The notes under the pieces: generated by a model
What the model was told of the DNA's origin: nothing
The model's input: the letters and a program-made list of their open reading frames with translations, nothing else
Databases searched by the model: none
From: a virus
Taxonomy: Duplodnaviria; Caudoviricetes
Reading direction: 5' to 3' (one strand)
IMG/VR virus record: IMGVR_UViG_3300037419_000730
Location: 1 to 43,552 of that record
Length of the DNA stretch: 43,552 nucleotides
Part shown: positions 8,404 through 17,835 of the stretch, piece after piece
Position numbering within the stretch: position 1 is the stretch's first letter
How the letters are laid out: the number at the start of each line of letters is the position of its first letter
Program-made: the position numbers and the translations under genes

Positions 8404-10205
8404 CAGCGCACCCCCTGAGCGTTTTTGTAGACGGACTGGATGGCGTCCTCCGTGATGGGTTTGCCCGCGCGCTGCAGGGCCTGCGTGATCTGCTGGCGGT
8501 CAGCCGCCGGGATGTCCCAGGGCGCGGCGCGCTGCTCGGCGCTCATCTTCCACACCGGCAGGTGCGTCTGCCCCACGCTCGTGCCGAAGTAGCCGCTGCC
8601 GCTCAGGGCCTGATCCTTGAGCATGCCCAGCGTGACCTTGCGCGCTTCCTCGCGCATCTGCGCGCGCGTGAGCTTTTTGGCCTGCCAGTCGGGCTGCGCG
8701 GCCGCGAGCGCGTCGTGCAGCGAGGCCGTGAACTGGTCGAGAGTCTTGGCCGCGGGCGTATCCGGTTTCGGGCTGAGGTTCATCCCCGCCGATAGCATCT
8801 GCGCCTTCGTGTCGCCCACGGCGGTGCTCTGGATCTTCAGCAGGTCCTGCGCGTTGGCGTCCTGCCGGTTGATGCTCGCCTGAATCCCCACCAGGTGGTT
8901 CCAGTGCTGCTTCGTCAGCTGCCCGGACAGGGTGGCCAGGTCCATGCGCGAGAACGCCGCCGGGTCTTCGCTGGCCAAGCGCATCGTGTCCACATACGCG
9001 CGGCTGTCGTCGAAGTCGGCCTGATCGGCGCGCTTGAACATCGCGTCGACCGACGGTCCGAGACCGCGCTGTTTGATGTAGTTGTACTGGCTGGGCGACA
9101 GGTCGGTGATGCTGCCGCCCTTTTGGGCGAGGTCCCACACGTTGCCCAGCATTGCCTTGTCGTTTTCGCTCTGCTCGCTGCGGCGCTGCGCGTTGTCTGC
9201 ACGCAGCTTCTGCAGCGCCATGTCGTGCACGTCCGGGGTGATCTTTCCAGCCTTGTACTGGGCGTCGAGTTCCTTCTCCTGCGCGTCGATGCCGCTGATG
9301 CGGCCCTTGACGTCCAGCGCGAGACTCAGCGCCTGGTCTTTGGTCATGCCCGCCTCGAGCAGCGCGCGCACCTTGTCCTGTGCTTCGGCGGGCATTTCGT
9401 CCTTCACCTGGTCGAAGTAGGTTTTCGCAACGGCCAGATCGCCCGGGTTGCCGCCCTTGCGGTCGATCAGGTGCCCGAGCGTGAGCGTGTACGCGCGCCC
9501 CAGCGCGTTTTTCACCAAGTCCTGCGCCACGTCCGCGGGTAGGCCTTGTCGGGCGGCCTGGTCATGTGTCTCGCTGATGATGGTCTGCAGGTACTGCTGG
9601 TACGGCGTGCCGCCGCCGGGGGCGTTCGGATCCGCGCTCGCCAGCGGCGCATCGCTCATCGGGTTGAACGACAGCGGCGCGGACTCCTGCGCGGTCTTAA
9701 CGCGCACGTCGCTGGCCGCCTTCTGGTAGACGTCGCTTTGCTGGTCGCGGTGCTGCGCCGCCTGCACCAGCGCGGCTTGCACGCGCTGCGCGGTGGTGGC
9801 CTTCACCAGCTGCTGCTGCGCGGGGTTTTGCAGGTCCTTGGACAGCTGCTCGCCCAGCCCCTGCAGCTTCTGCGAGGTGGCATCGAACGCGTCCACCGCG
9901 CTCTTGCCCTTGCTCGCGAGGAAGCCCGTCTCCGGGTTGTCGGGCGTGCCGTACAGCACCGCCTGGATGCCGCCCATCAGCTTGGTGTCGTAGTCCTTGG
10001 CCGCGGCCTGGTTCAGGTCGTCCTGCTGGCGGATCTGCTGATCGAGCATCTCCTCGCCCGCGCGCAGCATGCCCCCGCCCAGCTCGCTCATCTCGCGGCC
10101 GGCCTGTGCGGCGTAGGTGCCCAGGTGGTAAGGCGTTTCCATCCGCACGCCGGGCAGGCCGGCGGGCGTGACGCTGGGGGCGTTTACGACAGGAACTTGC
10201 GGCAT
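8403..10205 (-). CDS. Internal virion (ejection) protein, 600 aa
   Basis: MPQVP start, Ala/Gln-rich helical composition, synteny. Confidence 0.7.
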   Translation of the reverse strand: MPQVPVVNAPSVTPAGLPGVRMETPYHLGTYAAQAGREMSELGGGMLRAGEEMLDQQIRQQDDLNQAAAKDYDTKLMGGIQAVLYGTPDNPETGFLASKGKSAVDAFDATSQKLQGLGEQLSKDLQNPAQQQLVKATTAQRVQAALVQAAQHRDQQSDVYQKAASDVRVKTAQESAPLSFNPMSDAPLASADPNAPGGGTPYQQYLQTIISETHDQAARQGLPADVAQDLVKNALGRAYTLTLGHLIDRKGGNPGDLAVAKTYFDQVKDEMPAEAQDKVRALLEAGMTKDQALSLALDVKGRISGIDAQEKELDAQYKAGKITPDVHDMALQKLRADNAQRRSEQSENDKAMLGNVWDLAQKGGSITDLSPSQYNYIKQRGLGPSVDAMFKRADQADFDDSRAYVDTMRLASEDPAAFSRMDLATLSGQLTKQHWNHLVGIQASINRQDANAQDLLKIQSTAVGDTKAQMLSAGMNLSPKPDTPAAKTLDQFTASLHDALAAAQPDWQAKKLTRAQMREEARKVTLGMLKDQALSGSGYFGTSVGQTHLPVWKMSAEQRAAPWDIPAADRQQITQALQRAGKPITEDAIQSVYKNAQGVR

Positions 10206-10206
10206 A

Positions 10207-10737
10207 TCAGGTCCCGACTCCTTCGGTCGCCTTGCGGTAGCGATACCAGCGATCGGCCACGCCGCCCGCGCTGGTGAGCAGCGAGCCGGCCGCCGACATC
10301 CACGGATTCATCGACGAAGCGGTGGCGCGATCGGCCGCGGCCTCGTTGCGCATGCCGGTGGCCTGCGTCTGGAAGCCCCAGGCCTGCCGCGCGGCGTTGT
10401 CGCGGATGGTGAGCGCGTCCTTGTCGCCGATCAACTTGGTGGATGCCATCAACTCAATCGGCGTGGCGCTGCCGATGTCCACGCCGTTGGCCGCGGCAAC
10501 GGCCTTCTGATCGGCCATCGTGGCAGCCGTCTTCAGGCGCTGGGCCTGTTCCTCTTGCTCGCCATTGAGCAGCGCGAATTGCGCCTGCTGGTCGGCGATC
10601 TTGGCGTTGTTGTCGGCCACGCTGGCTTGGTAATTCAAGGCCGCCTTCTGCCCGGCTGCGCTCTTGTACGCACCCATTGCGCCGCCGGCCATGCCGGCGC
10701 CGCTCAGGAAGGTCGCGAAGTTGTTGCCCATCCCCAT
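10207..10737 (-). CDS. Internal virion protein (T7 gp14-like position)
   Basis: Gly/Ala-rich, AANGVDIGSATP motif, follows the nozzle gene. Confidence 0.75.
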   Translation of the reverse strand: MGMGNNFATFLSGAGMAGGAMGAYKSAAGQKAALNYQASVADNNAKIADQQAQFALLNGEQEEQAQRLKTAATMADQKAVAAANGVDIGSATPIELMASTKLIGDKDALTIRDNAARQAWGFQTQATGMRNEAAADRATASSMNPWMSAAGSLLTSAGGVADRWYRYRKATEGVGT

Positions 10738-10738
10738 A

Positions 10739-13246
10739 TCAGCCTCCGATAGCGACTTCGGCCGTCAGGCTCACCAAGTCCAGCGGCAACGGGTCGGCCT
10801 GCTGGACGCACACCGAGCCATCCCAGTTCCAGCTGGGTGCGATGACGACCTCCGACATGCCCGTCATCAGCGCCGCGGGAGAACCGAAGTCGGGCGAAAC
10901 TGTCAGGTTCGCCGCGCTGAAGTCCGGACCGGCCTTGAAGCCGGCCGAGTTGTACACGCGCAGCGACACGCGGTTGACGTTCATCTGCCGGCCCATGCCG
11001 TAGGCGCCGTCGACCTGCGCGGAGAACGGCGGCGTTTGCAGCTGCGCGGTGATCGGCAGTCCCACGGTGACCTTGGACGCAGCCACGGGCAGCGTGATCG
11101 CGCCGCCGCTCACCGTCAGGCCGCCGCGCACCACGCCGTCGGCCAGCACGTTCACCGCCTGGCCCTCCAGATGCGACAGGCCGCTGATGGTGGTCGCGGG
11201 CGAACCGGAGTACGTCAGGCCCGCGTCGACGTAGAACGCATCGGCCAGGGTCGCGAAGTAGCGCGTGTGCAGCCGCTCGATGTAGCGCTTGCTCGAGCCG
11301 TTGATCGTGCGGCGCACGAGCACGTACAGCACGTCCTCACTGCCTTCGGTGATGACGCAGCACGACTCGAACACGCCGCTGGCGGCCGTGTCGTGCCGAT
11401 GCCAGGCGGCCACCTCCTGCTCGGGCACGTAGGTCATGCCCAGCAGATTGCCCGACGACGAGATGCACCACAGGACCGGAATCGGCCCCTTGGCGTAAGC
11501 CATGTCCGCGAGCGTGTTGTAGTCGAACAGGTGCGGAGCCATCAGGCAGATGTCGCCCGAGATGAAGCTCGACGCCTGCCACGCATACGACAGCTCGCGG
11601 ATGTGCCCGCCGCGCGCGGCCGCGTACAGCACCAGGTTGTTCACGACCACCGGCTGCACGTTGGATGCGCCTACGTACGACTGCGGCGCCATGTTGATGG
11701 CCGCCGGCGTGAGCACGTCGCCCACCGCGCTGCAGCGCCACTCGGCCGTGGCCGTGAGCAGCAGCAACTGGCCGGCCGCCACGATGTGCCGGATGGTGGA
11801 GGCTTCCCGGGACGCGATGCGCACGTTGATGCGGTTGTCGCTGGTCACCGGAATGTTGTAGGACATGTTGCTTTCCGTGCCCGTGCGTGTGGCCCAGAAA
11901 GTCTGCGGTGAATTCACGGTGCCTGCGAATACGCGCCGCTGTTGGAAGTACGACACCGCGCCGGGGTAGTTGCCCGAGGACGCGAAGGCCGCTGTGTTGT
12001 CCACCACCGGCGGCGTGCGCGAGATGTCGGGCACGATGTTGTTGTCGACGAACGTGTACGTACCTGAGTCAGGATCCTTCTGCGCTTGGCCGATGTAGCC
12101 GTAAAAGCCGTTGGTCGGGCCGAGGGAACTGGCGACGCTGCTTGTCTGGTCTGTGACGACCTTTTTGTAAACGTAATACCGAGCGTTCGCACTAGGGTTC
12201 GCATCGACGATCGTGGCTTTCAGAAACGAGTTCGCGGTGCTCAAGTCGAAGCCGAAGCCCTGCCCCGTGCTAGCCACGCTTTCCTCCAGCGTGTTGGCCG
12301 CAATGGTCGTCGCGACGTACCAGAATTCGATGGTCGCGGTAGGAGCTGGCGGGGTGTTGTTCGCACTCGTCTTCCACGTGACACTGGCGATCGAGTTGCC
12401 CGGCGGCGTGAACACCGGGGTGCTCGTCTGCCAGTTCGTCGCGCCGAAGCGCCGCAGCTCGGTGGGCGGGTAATTCGGGTGCACCAGCGTGAGCACGTCG
12501 GCCGACTGCACGAAATGGATGTCGAAGAGGTCGGCCGCCGCGTACGAGTTCGGGATCTCGTATAAGTTGGGGCTGGTGGGCATCGCGTACCAGTAGGTCG
12601 TGTTCGGCGGCGCATTGCCGATCGACGCGGTGCGGCAGTAGTAATTGATGCCGCCGGTCTTGACGATCTCGCCGATCGAATAAGGGCGATGCGCCGTGTG
12701 CGTGCCTGACTGCGTGCCGCTGGTGGCGATGGCCGCGCCGCCCGGCGTGGCGGCCAGCTGGTACGTGTTCGTCGCGGGGTTGAGCACGTAGTACGTCGTG
12801 CCCGCCGTCAGGCCCGTGGGCAGCGCGCCCGTGGTCGTGAACGCGACGGGATCGCCCGCGGCCTTGCCGTGCGCGTTTTGAGCCACCACGCCCGGGGTGG
12901 CGATCGTGATGGTGGCCGTGGCGCTGGCCACGTAGGCCGCACCGTCCGCGTAGCTGAGGGTCGCGCCGCCCGTGTGCCAGCGGAAATAACCCGCGCCCAG
13001 CTCGATGCAGAAGGTCTGCAGGTTGTTGTAGGAAAACGGGATGATGCGCGTGACAGCTGCTGAGTTCTTCACCTCTCGCACGAACTCCGTGCCGGGACGG
13101 TTGAACGCGGGCCCGTGGGGCAGCGTGATGAAGTTGCGGCACAGCGCCAGTCCCTCCTGGCGCTTTTGCAGGTCGATGCGGCCGAACAGCTCGGGCGTGA
13201 TCTCGCCGCCGGCAAAGGAACGCGTGAGGTTGCGGACGTTGGCCAT
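10739..13246 (-). CDS. Tail nozzle (tail tubular protein B-like) with inserted domains
   Basis: RSFAGGEITPELFGRIDL N-terminus; QSADVLTLVHP, YPGAVSYFQQR and AWHRHDT motifs. Confidence 0.88.
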   Translation of the reverse strand: MANVRNLTRSFAGGEITPELFGRIDLQKRQEGLALCRNFITLPHGPAFNRPGTEFVREVKNSAAVTRIIPFSYNNLQTFCIELGAGYFRWHTGGATLSYADGAAYVASATATITIATPGVVAQNAHGKAAGDPVAFTTTGALPTGLTAGTTYYVLNPATNTYQLAATPGGAAIATSGTQSGTHTAHRPYSIGEIVKTGGINYYCRTASIGNAPPNTTYWYAMPTSPNLYEIPNSYAAADLFDIHFVQSADVLTLVHPNYPPTELRRFGATNWQTSTPVFTPPGNSIASVTWKTSANNTPPAPTATIEFWYVATTIAANTLEESVASTGQGFGFDLSTANSFLKATIVDANPSANARYYVYKKVVTDQTSSVASSLGPTNGFYGYIGQAQKDPDSGTYTFVDNNIVPDISRTPPVVDNTAAFASSGNYPGAVSYFQQRRVFAGTVNSPQTFWATRTGTESNMSYNIPVTSDNRINVRIASREASTIRHIVAAGQLLLLTATAEWRCSAVGDVLTPAAINMAPQSYVGASNVQPVVVNNLVLYAAARGGHIRELSYAWQASSFISGDICLMAPHLFDYNTLADMAYAKGPIPVLWCISSSGNLLGMTYVPEQEVAAWHRHDTAASGVFESCCVITEGSEDVLYVLVRRTINGSSKRYIERLHTRYFATLADAFYVDAGLTYSGSPATTISGLSHLEGQAVNVLADGVVRGGLTVSGGAITLPVAASKVTVGLPITAQLQTPPFSAQVDGAYGMGRQMNVNRVSLRVYNSAGFKAGPDFSAANLTVSPDFGSPAALMTGMSEVVIAPSWNWDGSVCVQQADPLPLDLVSLTAEVAIGG

Positions 13247-13920
13247 CAGCGGTTCACTATCCAGGCAGCGCCCGGCACTGACCGCACGTCACCCGAGTTG
13301 GCGTTGGAGCCCTCGGCCTCGATCTGCTTGACCTCGGCCAGCTGCTGCATCGATTGCGCGACCTTGCGGCCTTCGTCACCTTTGATGATCGGCCCGGCGA
13401 GCATCGCGGCCAGGCGGTACGACAGCGCCTCGATGAAGGTCGTCGGCCACTTCGACGGGTCGGTGACGGTCTTGGTGTAGCGCAGCACCGCGTCCTGCTG
13501 GTTGGTGTAGATGATCGCGCCGCCGCTGCCGTCCTGCTCCACCGTGAAGGGCTGGGGTGTGTACGCACCGAGATTCGACACCGGAGCCACGAGCGGGCCG
13601 GGGTAGAAGAACTGCATCATGGCCGACTGGTCGTCGGCCGCGTTCGGGTCGAGCACCGCGATGTAATTCACGACGTCGGCCGGTGCGCTGTACGCGTAGG
13701 CCCAGGTCGAAGGCGGCGCGGTGACGGAAGCCGCGAGCGCTGCGCGCACCGTCGCGAAGGCCCACAGGTGCTTTTCCAGCGTGATGTCGCGCGCCAGCGG
13801 GTAGAACTTCGCGCAGTACCGCTCCTGCGGCGTGGTGGGCGCGGCGATGCTCGCCACCGTGGCGATGTCGCCCAGGTGGGAGAGCGCGAGGTTGCAGATG
13901 TCGATGTCAGCGTACGCCAT
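13246..13920 (-). CDS. Head-tail adaptor (tail tubular protein A-like)
   Basis: DICNLALSHLG, HLWAFAT, WAYAYSAPAD and FIEALSYRLA motifs. Confidence 0.85.
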   Translation of the reverse strand: MAYADIDICNLALSHLGDIATVASIAAPTTPQERYCAKFYPLARDITLEKHLWAFATVRAALAASVTAPPSTWAYAYSAPADVVNYIAVLDPNAADDQSAMMQFFYPGPLVAPVSNLGAYTPQPFTVEQDGSGGAIIYTNQQDAVLRYTKTVTDPSKWPTTFIEALSYRLAAMLAGPIIKGDEGRKVAQSMQQLAEVKQIEAEGSNANSGDVRSVPGAAWIVNR

Positions 13921-13935
13921 GCCCTGCTCCTATGC

Positions 13936-13958
13936 GAAAACGGCCCCGTCAGGGGCCG
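13936..13958 (-). terminator. Intrinsic terminator after the capsid genes
   Basis: CGGCCCC-TGAC-GGGGCCG followed by TTTT on the minus strand. Confidence 0.65.
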
Positions 13959-13983
13959 CTGCGCGCATGCGACGGCCTGCCCG

Positions 13984-14361
13984 TCACACGAGCCCTTCGG
14001 CGCCGCTGGTCGTCGGTGCGGGCGCGCGGCCTGCCGACGGCGTCTCGACCGGCTTGTTGTCGATCTGCACGGTGTGGCCGGTCAGCACCGCATTTGCCGC
14101 GGCGGCGGCGACGCTCGCCGCTTGCGCGAGCTCCACCGCCTCGGGGTCGCCGCCGATGGCTGCGACCTTCTGGCGCGTGAGGTCGCTCACGCTCAGGTCT
14201 TTTTTGCCCAGATCCCTCGCAGCTTCGCTCGCGGCGGCCTGCGCCGGCGCGTCGAGCGCTTCGAGGTTGGAGCCGGGCTTGCCGTCGTAGTCGACGACAT
14301 CGCCTTCCTTGGCCAGGCTGTTGTTGATGAACGAGGGGGCGAGCACCCGGTACTTGGGCAT
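13984..14361 (-). CDS. Hypothetical virion-associated protein
   Basis: GGAG RBS; MPKYRVLAPSFINN..EGDVVDYDGKPGSNLE; lies after the cement gene. Confidence 0.75.
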   Translation of the reverse strand: MPKYRVLAPSFINNSLAKEGDVVDYDGKPGSNLEALDAPAQAAASEAARDLGKKDLSVSDLTRQKVAAIGGDPEAVELAQAASVAAAAANAVLTGHTVQIDNKPVETPSAGRAPAPTTSGAEGLV

Positions 14362-14433
14362 GTGCTTCTCCGGTTCGGTTGACGATCAGGCCGACGCAAA
14401 TGTGTTGTGTTGCGCCGGCCCGTTGGACGCGGA

Positions 14434-14901
14434 TTAGAGGACCGCGAAGCCGTTGGGGTAGAACTTCTGGCCGTCCTGGATGTCCAGGCCGACGTCGGCG
14501 TAGTAGGCACCGGCGGCGACCGCGCCGACGAACACGTAGCGCGCGAGCACGTAGAGCTGGCCCTTGCTCGCAAGGCGCGGGTTGATCGCGCACGCGAAGC
14601 GCGAGCCGGCCGTCACGTTGGCCACCGCGATGGCGCCCGTGGTGCCCAGCACCGCCACGTTGCCCGTGCCGTTGGCGTTGTCGGCGGCGATGATCTGCAT
14701 CTCCACGGACGTGCCGCCCGACGCCGCGGTCACGGTTTCGAAGCGGCCGTACAGGTCGCCGCCTTCACCGAGATCGCGAGCGGTGCTGAGGTTGACGGTG
14801 TTGGTGGACAGCACCGACGTATCCGTGCCGGTGGCCGTCTGGCCCGACACCGTGTTGCCCGAGATGGAGCCCGACAGGGCCAGAAGAGAATCGACGTACA
14901 T
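14434..14901 (-). CDS. Capsid cement/decoration protein (Bbp16-like)
   Basis: STNTVNL...RDLGEG motif, beta-rich, directly after the MCP. Confidence 0.8.
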   Translation of the reverse strand: MYVDSLLALSGSISGNTVSGQTATGTDTSVLSTNTVNLSTARDLGEGGDLYGRFETVTAASGGTSVEMQIIAADNANGTGNVAVLGTTGAIAVANVTAGSRFACAINPRLASKGQLYVLARYVFVGAVAAGAYYADVGLDIQDGQKFYPNGFAVL

Positions 14902-14913
14902 GGTGGTTTCTCC

Positions 14914-16044
14914 TTAGACCACGCGGGCCTCGGTGTTGAGCAGCTGGTCGACACGACGCAGCGGCACGCCTTCGAAGGACATCCAGTTTTGCGGCGTGCC
15001 GAACTGGTTCAGGCCCTTCTCGACCGCGAGCGCATTCACGCTCTTGTTCAGGGCCTGCAGGCGCAGGATGGAATACGGCGTGCGGTTCATGTAGAACGCC
15101 GCGCGACCCATGTTCCAGTGCGGGATGCGATCCATCGCGCGGGACATCAGCGCGATCAGATCCGCCGCGGCGGTGTTCGCCACGAGGTTGGCCGTGTTGA
15201 TGTTGGCGACGCGCACGACGTAGCGCCAGTCCTTGACCACCAGGCCGTTCTTCCACACATAGCGGCCGCACAGGGCCTGCATGCGCGTGGCGTTGCCGGC
15301 GGGGTCGGTGCTGAACACCGTCTGCTCGCCCAGGTCGTCGTGCTGCAGGCCGGCCTGCGAGCCTTTCGGGAACGGGCAGAAGACGGTTTCCTCGCCCCAC
15401 ACCACCAGCCAGATGGAGGTGTTGTTGGTCGAGGTGCCACCCGCATCGATGATGTTCTGCGCGTTGCCGGCGCCAGAGATCGCGCCGTAGCGCGCGGCGA
15501 AGCCGAGGTACTGGCGCGGATCGGTGCCGGGGTTGCCGTAGAACAGCGTGCCGGCCTGCGTCTGGTTCATGGCCTCGAGAAAGGCCTGATCTTCCGACAG
15601 GCGGAACTGCGCTTCGTTGCCGTTGAGCTTTGCCAGCTCCACGTCGATTTCGCTGCGCGCTTCCAGGATGCCGCAGGACTCGTCGACCTGCGCGGTCGTC
15701 GACTTGCTGTTGGGCACGCCCTGGTTGAGCGAACGCCAGTAGACGGTCGGCAGGCCGGTGCGGATCGTCACGCGGTGACCGGTCGGCAGGTTGCCTTCCT
15801 TGAACACCGCGTCGTCCAGCACCTCGTTGGACTGCGACAGCATCTCGGCGACTTTCGCGACGCGCCCGTCCGGGTCTTGTCGTTTCGCCCAGTCCGCGAG
15901 GGTCAGGGCATTGGTGGAGAGCGTCGCGCCCGCGAAGCCGATCATCGCCGCATCGGCGGGGGTAAGCCAGCCCGCCTGCAGCGCGATCACGGCCACAGCC
16001 GCGAAGAGCAGCATTTGCCAGTTGGAGAAGAGTTTGAATTTCAC
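14914..16044 (-). CDS. Major capsid protein (BPP-1/epsilon15 type) with N-terminal hydrophobic extension
   Basis: LTLADWAKR..EMLSQSNE..RTGLP..WRSLNQGV..DWRYVVR..GVPLRRVDQL; AAAGGA RBS before GTG 16044. Confidence 0.93.
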   Translation of the reverse strand: MKFKLFSNWQMLLFAAVAVIALQAGWLTPADAAMIGFAGATLSTNALTLADWAKRQDPDGRVAKVAEMLSQSNEVLDDAVFKEGNLPTGHRVTIRTGLPTVYWRSLNQGVPNSKSTTAQVDESCGILEARSEIDVELAKLNGNEAQFRLSEDQAFLEAMNQTQAGTLFYGNPGTDPRQYLGFAARYGAISGAGNAQNIIDAGGTSTNNTSIWLVVWGEETVFCPFPKGSQAGLQHDDLGEQTVFSTDPAGNATRMQALCGRYVWKNGLVVKDWRYVVRVANINTANLVANTAAADLIALMSRAMDRIPHWNMGRAAFYMNRTPYSILRLQALNKSVNALAVEKGLNQFGTPQNWMSFEGVPLRRVDQLLNTEARVV

Positions 16045-16054
16045 GATGGTCCTT

Positions 16055-16807
16055 TCACGCTTTCGATTTGGTTTCGCCGTAGAGGACCGTTGCCGCGTCG
16101 CGCGGCACCTCGCCCGGCTTGGTCGTGCCGGGCGCGGGGCGGTCCTCGCTGATTGCCTTTCCGATCGCGTGGAACAGCTTCACCATCGCGGGGTGGTCGC
16201 CCAGTCCCGTGCCGGTGGGGTTGCCCTTCGCGTCGTAGCGGCCAAGCAGCGCACGCAACTCCGGCGGGGCAAAGCGTTCGACCGCCTTGCGAGCCACCGC
16301 GAGGTTCTCGTTCAACTTCTCGCCGCCGAGGTCCTTGTCGGCCTTGACCTGTTCCTGCCAGGTGGTCGACTGCTTCTGCATCGCGGAGGTGATCGCCTTC
16401 ACGTTGCTTTCAGCCAGTTTCGGTGCGAGCTTGTCGAGAACCTTCTGCGCAGCGTCCTGGGACAGGTTCAGCTCCTTGGCCACAGTGGAGAACTCGGACA
16501 CAACGGAATCGTCGAGCGCGACGCCGTTGGGAGCCTTGAACTCGTACTTCTCGGGGGCGCCGGCCGGCGGGGTTTTACCGTCTGCTTGCGCGCCCTGCTG
16601 GCCCGGGGTGGCCGGCGCAGCTGCCGGTGCGGCGGCTGCGGGCTGTACGTCGGTCGCTTGCTGCGATTGCGACGCGGCCGGTGCGGCAGCTGCAGGTGCG
16701 GCAGCCGGTGCGGCCGTCGTGCCCGAAGTCGTCGCGCCTGTCGCGCCGGGTTGCGCGCTGCCGGTAGCTTGGGTATTCCCGGCGGCTTGCGTGGAAACGT
16801 CACTCAT
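16055..16807 (-). CDS. Capsid scaffolding protein
   Basis: Ala/Pro-rich N-terminus; APEKYEF, ELNLSQDAAQK, GLGDHPAMVK, AATVLYG; upstream of the MCP. Confidence 0.8.
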   Translation of the reverse strand: MSDVSTQAAGNTQATGSAQPGATGATTSGTTAAPAAAPAAAAPAASQSQQATDVQPAAAAPAAAPATPGQQGAQADGKTPPAGAPEKYEFKAPNGVALDDSVVSEFSTVAKELNLSQDAAQKVLDKLAPKLAESNVKAITSAMQKQSTTWQEQVKADKDLGGEKLNENLAVARKAVERFAPPELRALLGRYDAKGNPTGTGLGDHPAMVKLFHAIGKAISEDRPAPGTTKPGEVPRDAATVLYGETKSKA

Positions 16808-17123
16808 CTTCGTTGTGCTCCTTGAGCATCTGCATGTACAGGTCGGCGCAGTACCGCATCGCCTGATCGATCAGCCGCAGCCCTTCGTTGCGCGTGCCTT
16901 CGTTGAAGGCCATCGTCAGCGCGTTGGTGTGGAAGGACGAGCGGAATGCACCAGCGCGCTCGAGCAGGCCGTGCACGAAGCGGCGCCCGCGCTTGTCGCG
17001 CATGACCCACTTCAGGTCGTCGATCTCGATCTTGGCCAGCAGTCTGGCGCGCTCCTCGGCCTTCTCGCGCGCGTCTTCCTGCGCGCGAAGGTCGAAGGTG
17101 TCGATGGATGCGGCCTGTGCCAT
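16800..17123 (-). CDS. Bbp19-like head protein
   Basis: DLKWVM..RGRRFV...AFNEGTRNEGL motif; ATG 17123 follows a late promoter box. Confidence 0.75.
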   Translation of the reverse strand: MAQAASIDTFDLRAQEDAREKAEERARLLAKIEIDDLKWVMRDKRGRRFVHGLLERAGAFRSSFHTNALTMAFNEGTRNEGLRLIDQAMRYCADLYMQMLKEHNEDE

Positions 17124-17151
17124 GCGCGCGAATCTACGAGCGCGCGGCAGA

Positions 17152-17163
17152 GTTATGGAAACT
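17152..17163 (-). promoter_or_regulatory. Late-promoter box (head operon)
   Basis: AGTTTCCATAAC-N15-TAGATT-N7-ATG. Confidence 0.85.
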
Positions 17164-17497
17164 AGTCGCTGCCGTACAGCAGCGTGGCCGCGTCCTGCGA
17201 GCCGGATTCGTCCGCGCCCGAGAGCTCCATGTCGGTGATCTGCAGCGACAGCGAGGTGTCGCTTTCGCCCTTGCGATCCTGGTACTGTGAGGTGCCGCAC
17301 ACCTCCACGCGGGCGGTGAGCGTCATCTTCGTGCCCACGCTGGGCAGCGATGTGATTCCCACCTTGGCCAGCGACTCGTCGTCCAGGCTGATCGTCAGCC
17401 CGTAGGGATATTTCGGCAAGTCGCCCTCGTCGGAGGGTGCGACGCAGGATTCCTCGCGCGCTTCTTCGACGCTCATCTCCATGTTCACGAGTGCCAT
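17162..17497 (-). CDS. Capsid staple-like protein (epsilon15 gp10-like)
   Basis: PKYPYGLTISLD..SLAKVG and LSLQITDM motifs. Confidence 0.65.
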   Translation of the reverse strand: MALVNMEMSVEEAREESCVAPSDEGDLPKYPYGLTISLDDESLAKVGITSLPSVGTKMTLTARVEVCGTSQYQDRKGESDTSLSLQITDMELSGADESGSQDAATLLYGSD

Positions 17498-17509
17498 GCG
17501 TGGCTCCGA

Positions 17510-17824
17510 TCAGAAGTTGACTTGGATGCCCACCGGCGCGAACGACGGGAGCGTGCTGGTGTCGTCGGCGACCGTCACGCCGCTGAGCGTGAGTTGCGGG
17601 CCGTGGGCGGCGCCGTGTTCGTCCTGTGCCTGGGCGGTAATGGTGTACACGTCAGCATCCAGACGCGGCATCAGATAGCAGCTCGGGGCACTTGTGCCAA
17701 CCGTGCCGACGTCATCGAAGACGACATTGCCGCCCGCGTCGGTGACGACGACATGCACGCCGACTACCGAAGCGCTGTTGGGCGATGGATTGAGGCCGCA
17801 GACGGTGATGTTCACGAATTGCAT
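17510..17824 (-). CDS. Hypothetical beta-rich (Ig/FN3-like) protein
   Basis: GAGAGG RBS before ATG 17824; VYTITAQAQD beta pattern. Confidence 0.6.
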   Translation of the reverse strand: MQFVNITVCGLNPSPNSASVVGVHVVVTDAGGNVVFDDVGTVGTSAPSCYLMPRLDADVYTITAQAQDEHGAAHGPQLTLSGVTVADDTSTLPSFAPVGIQVNF

Positions 17825-17835
17825 GATGTTTCCTC

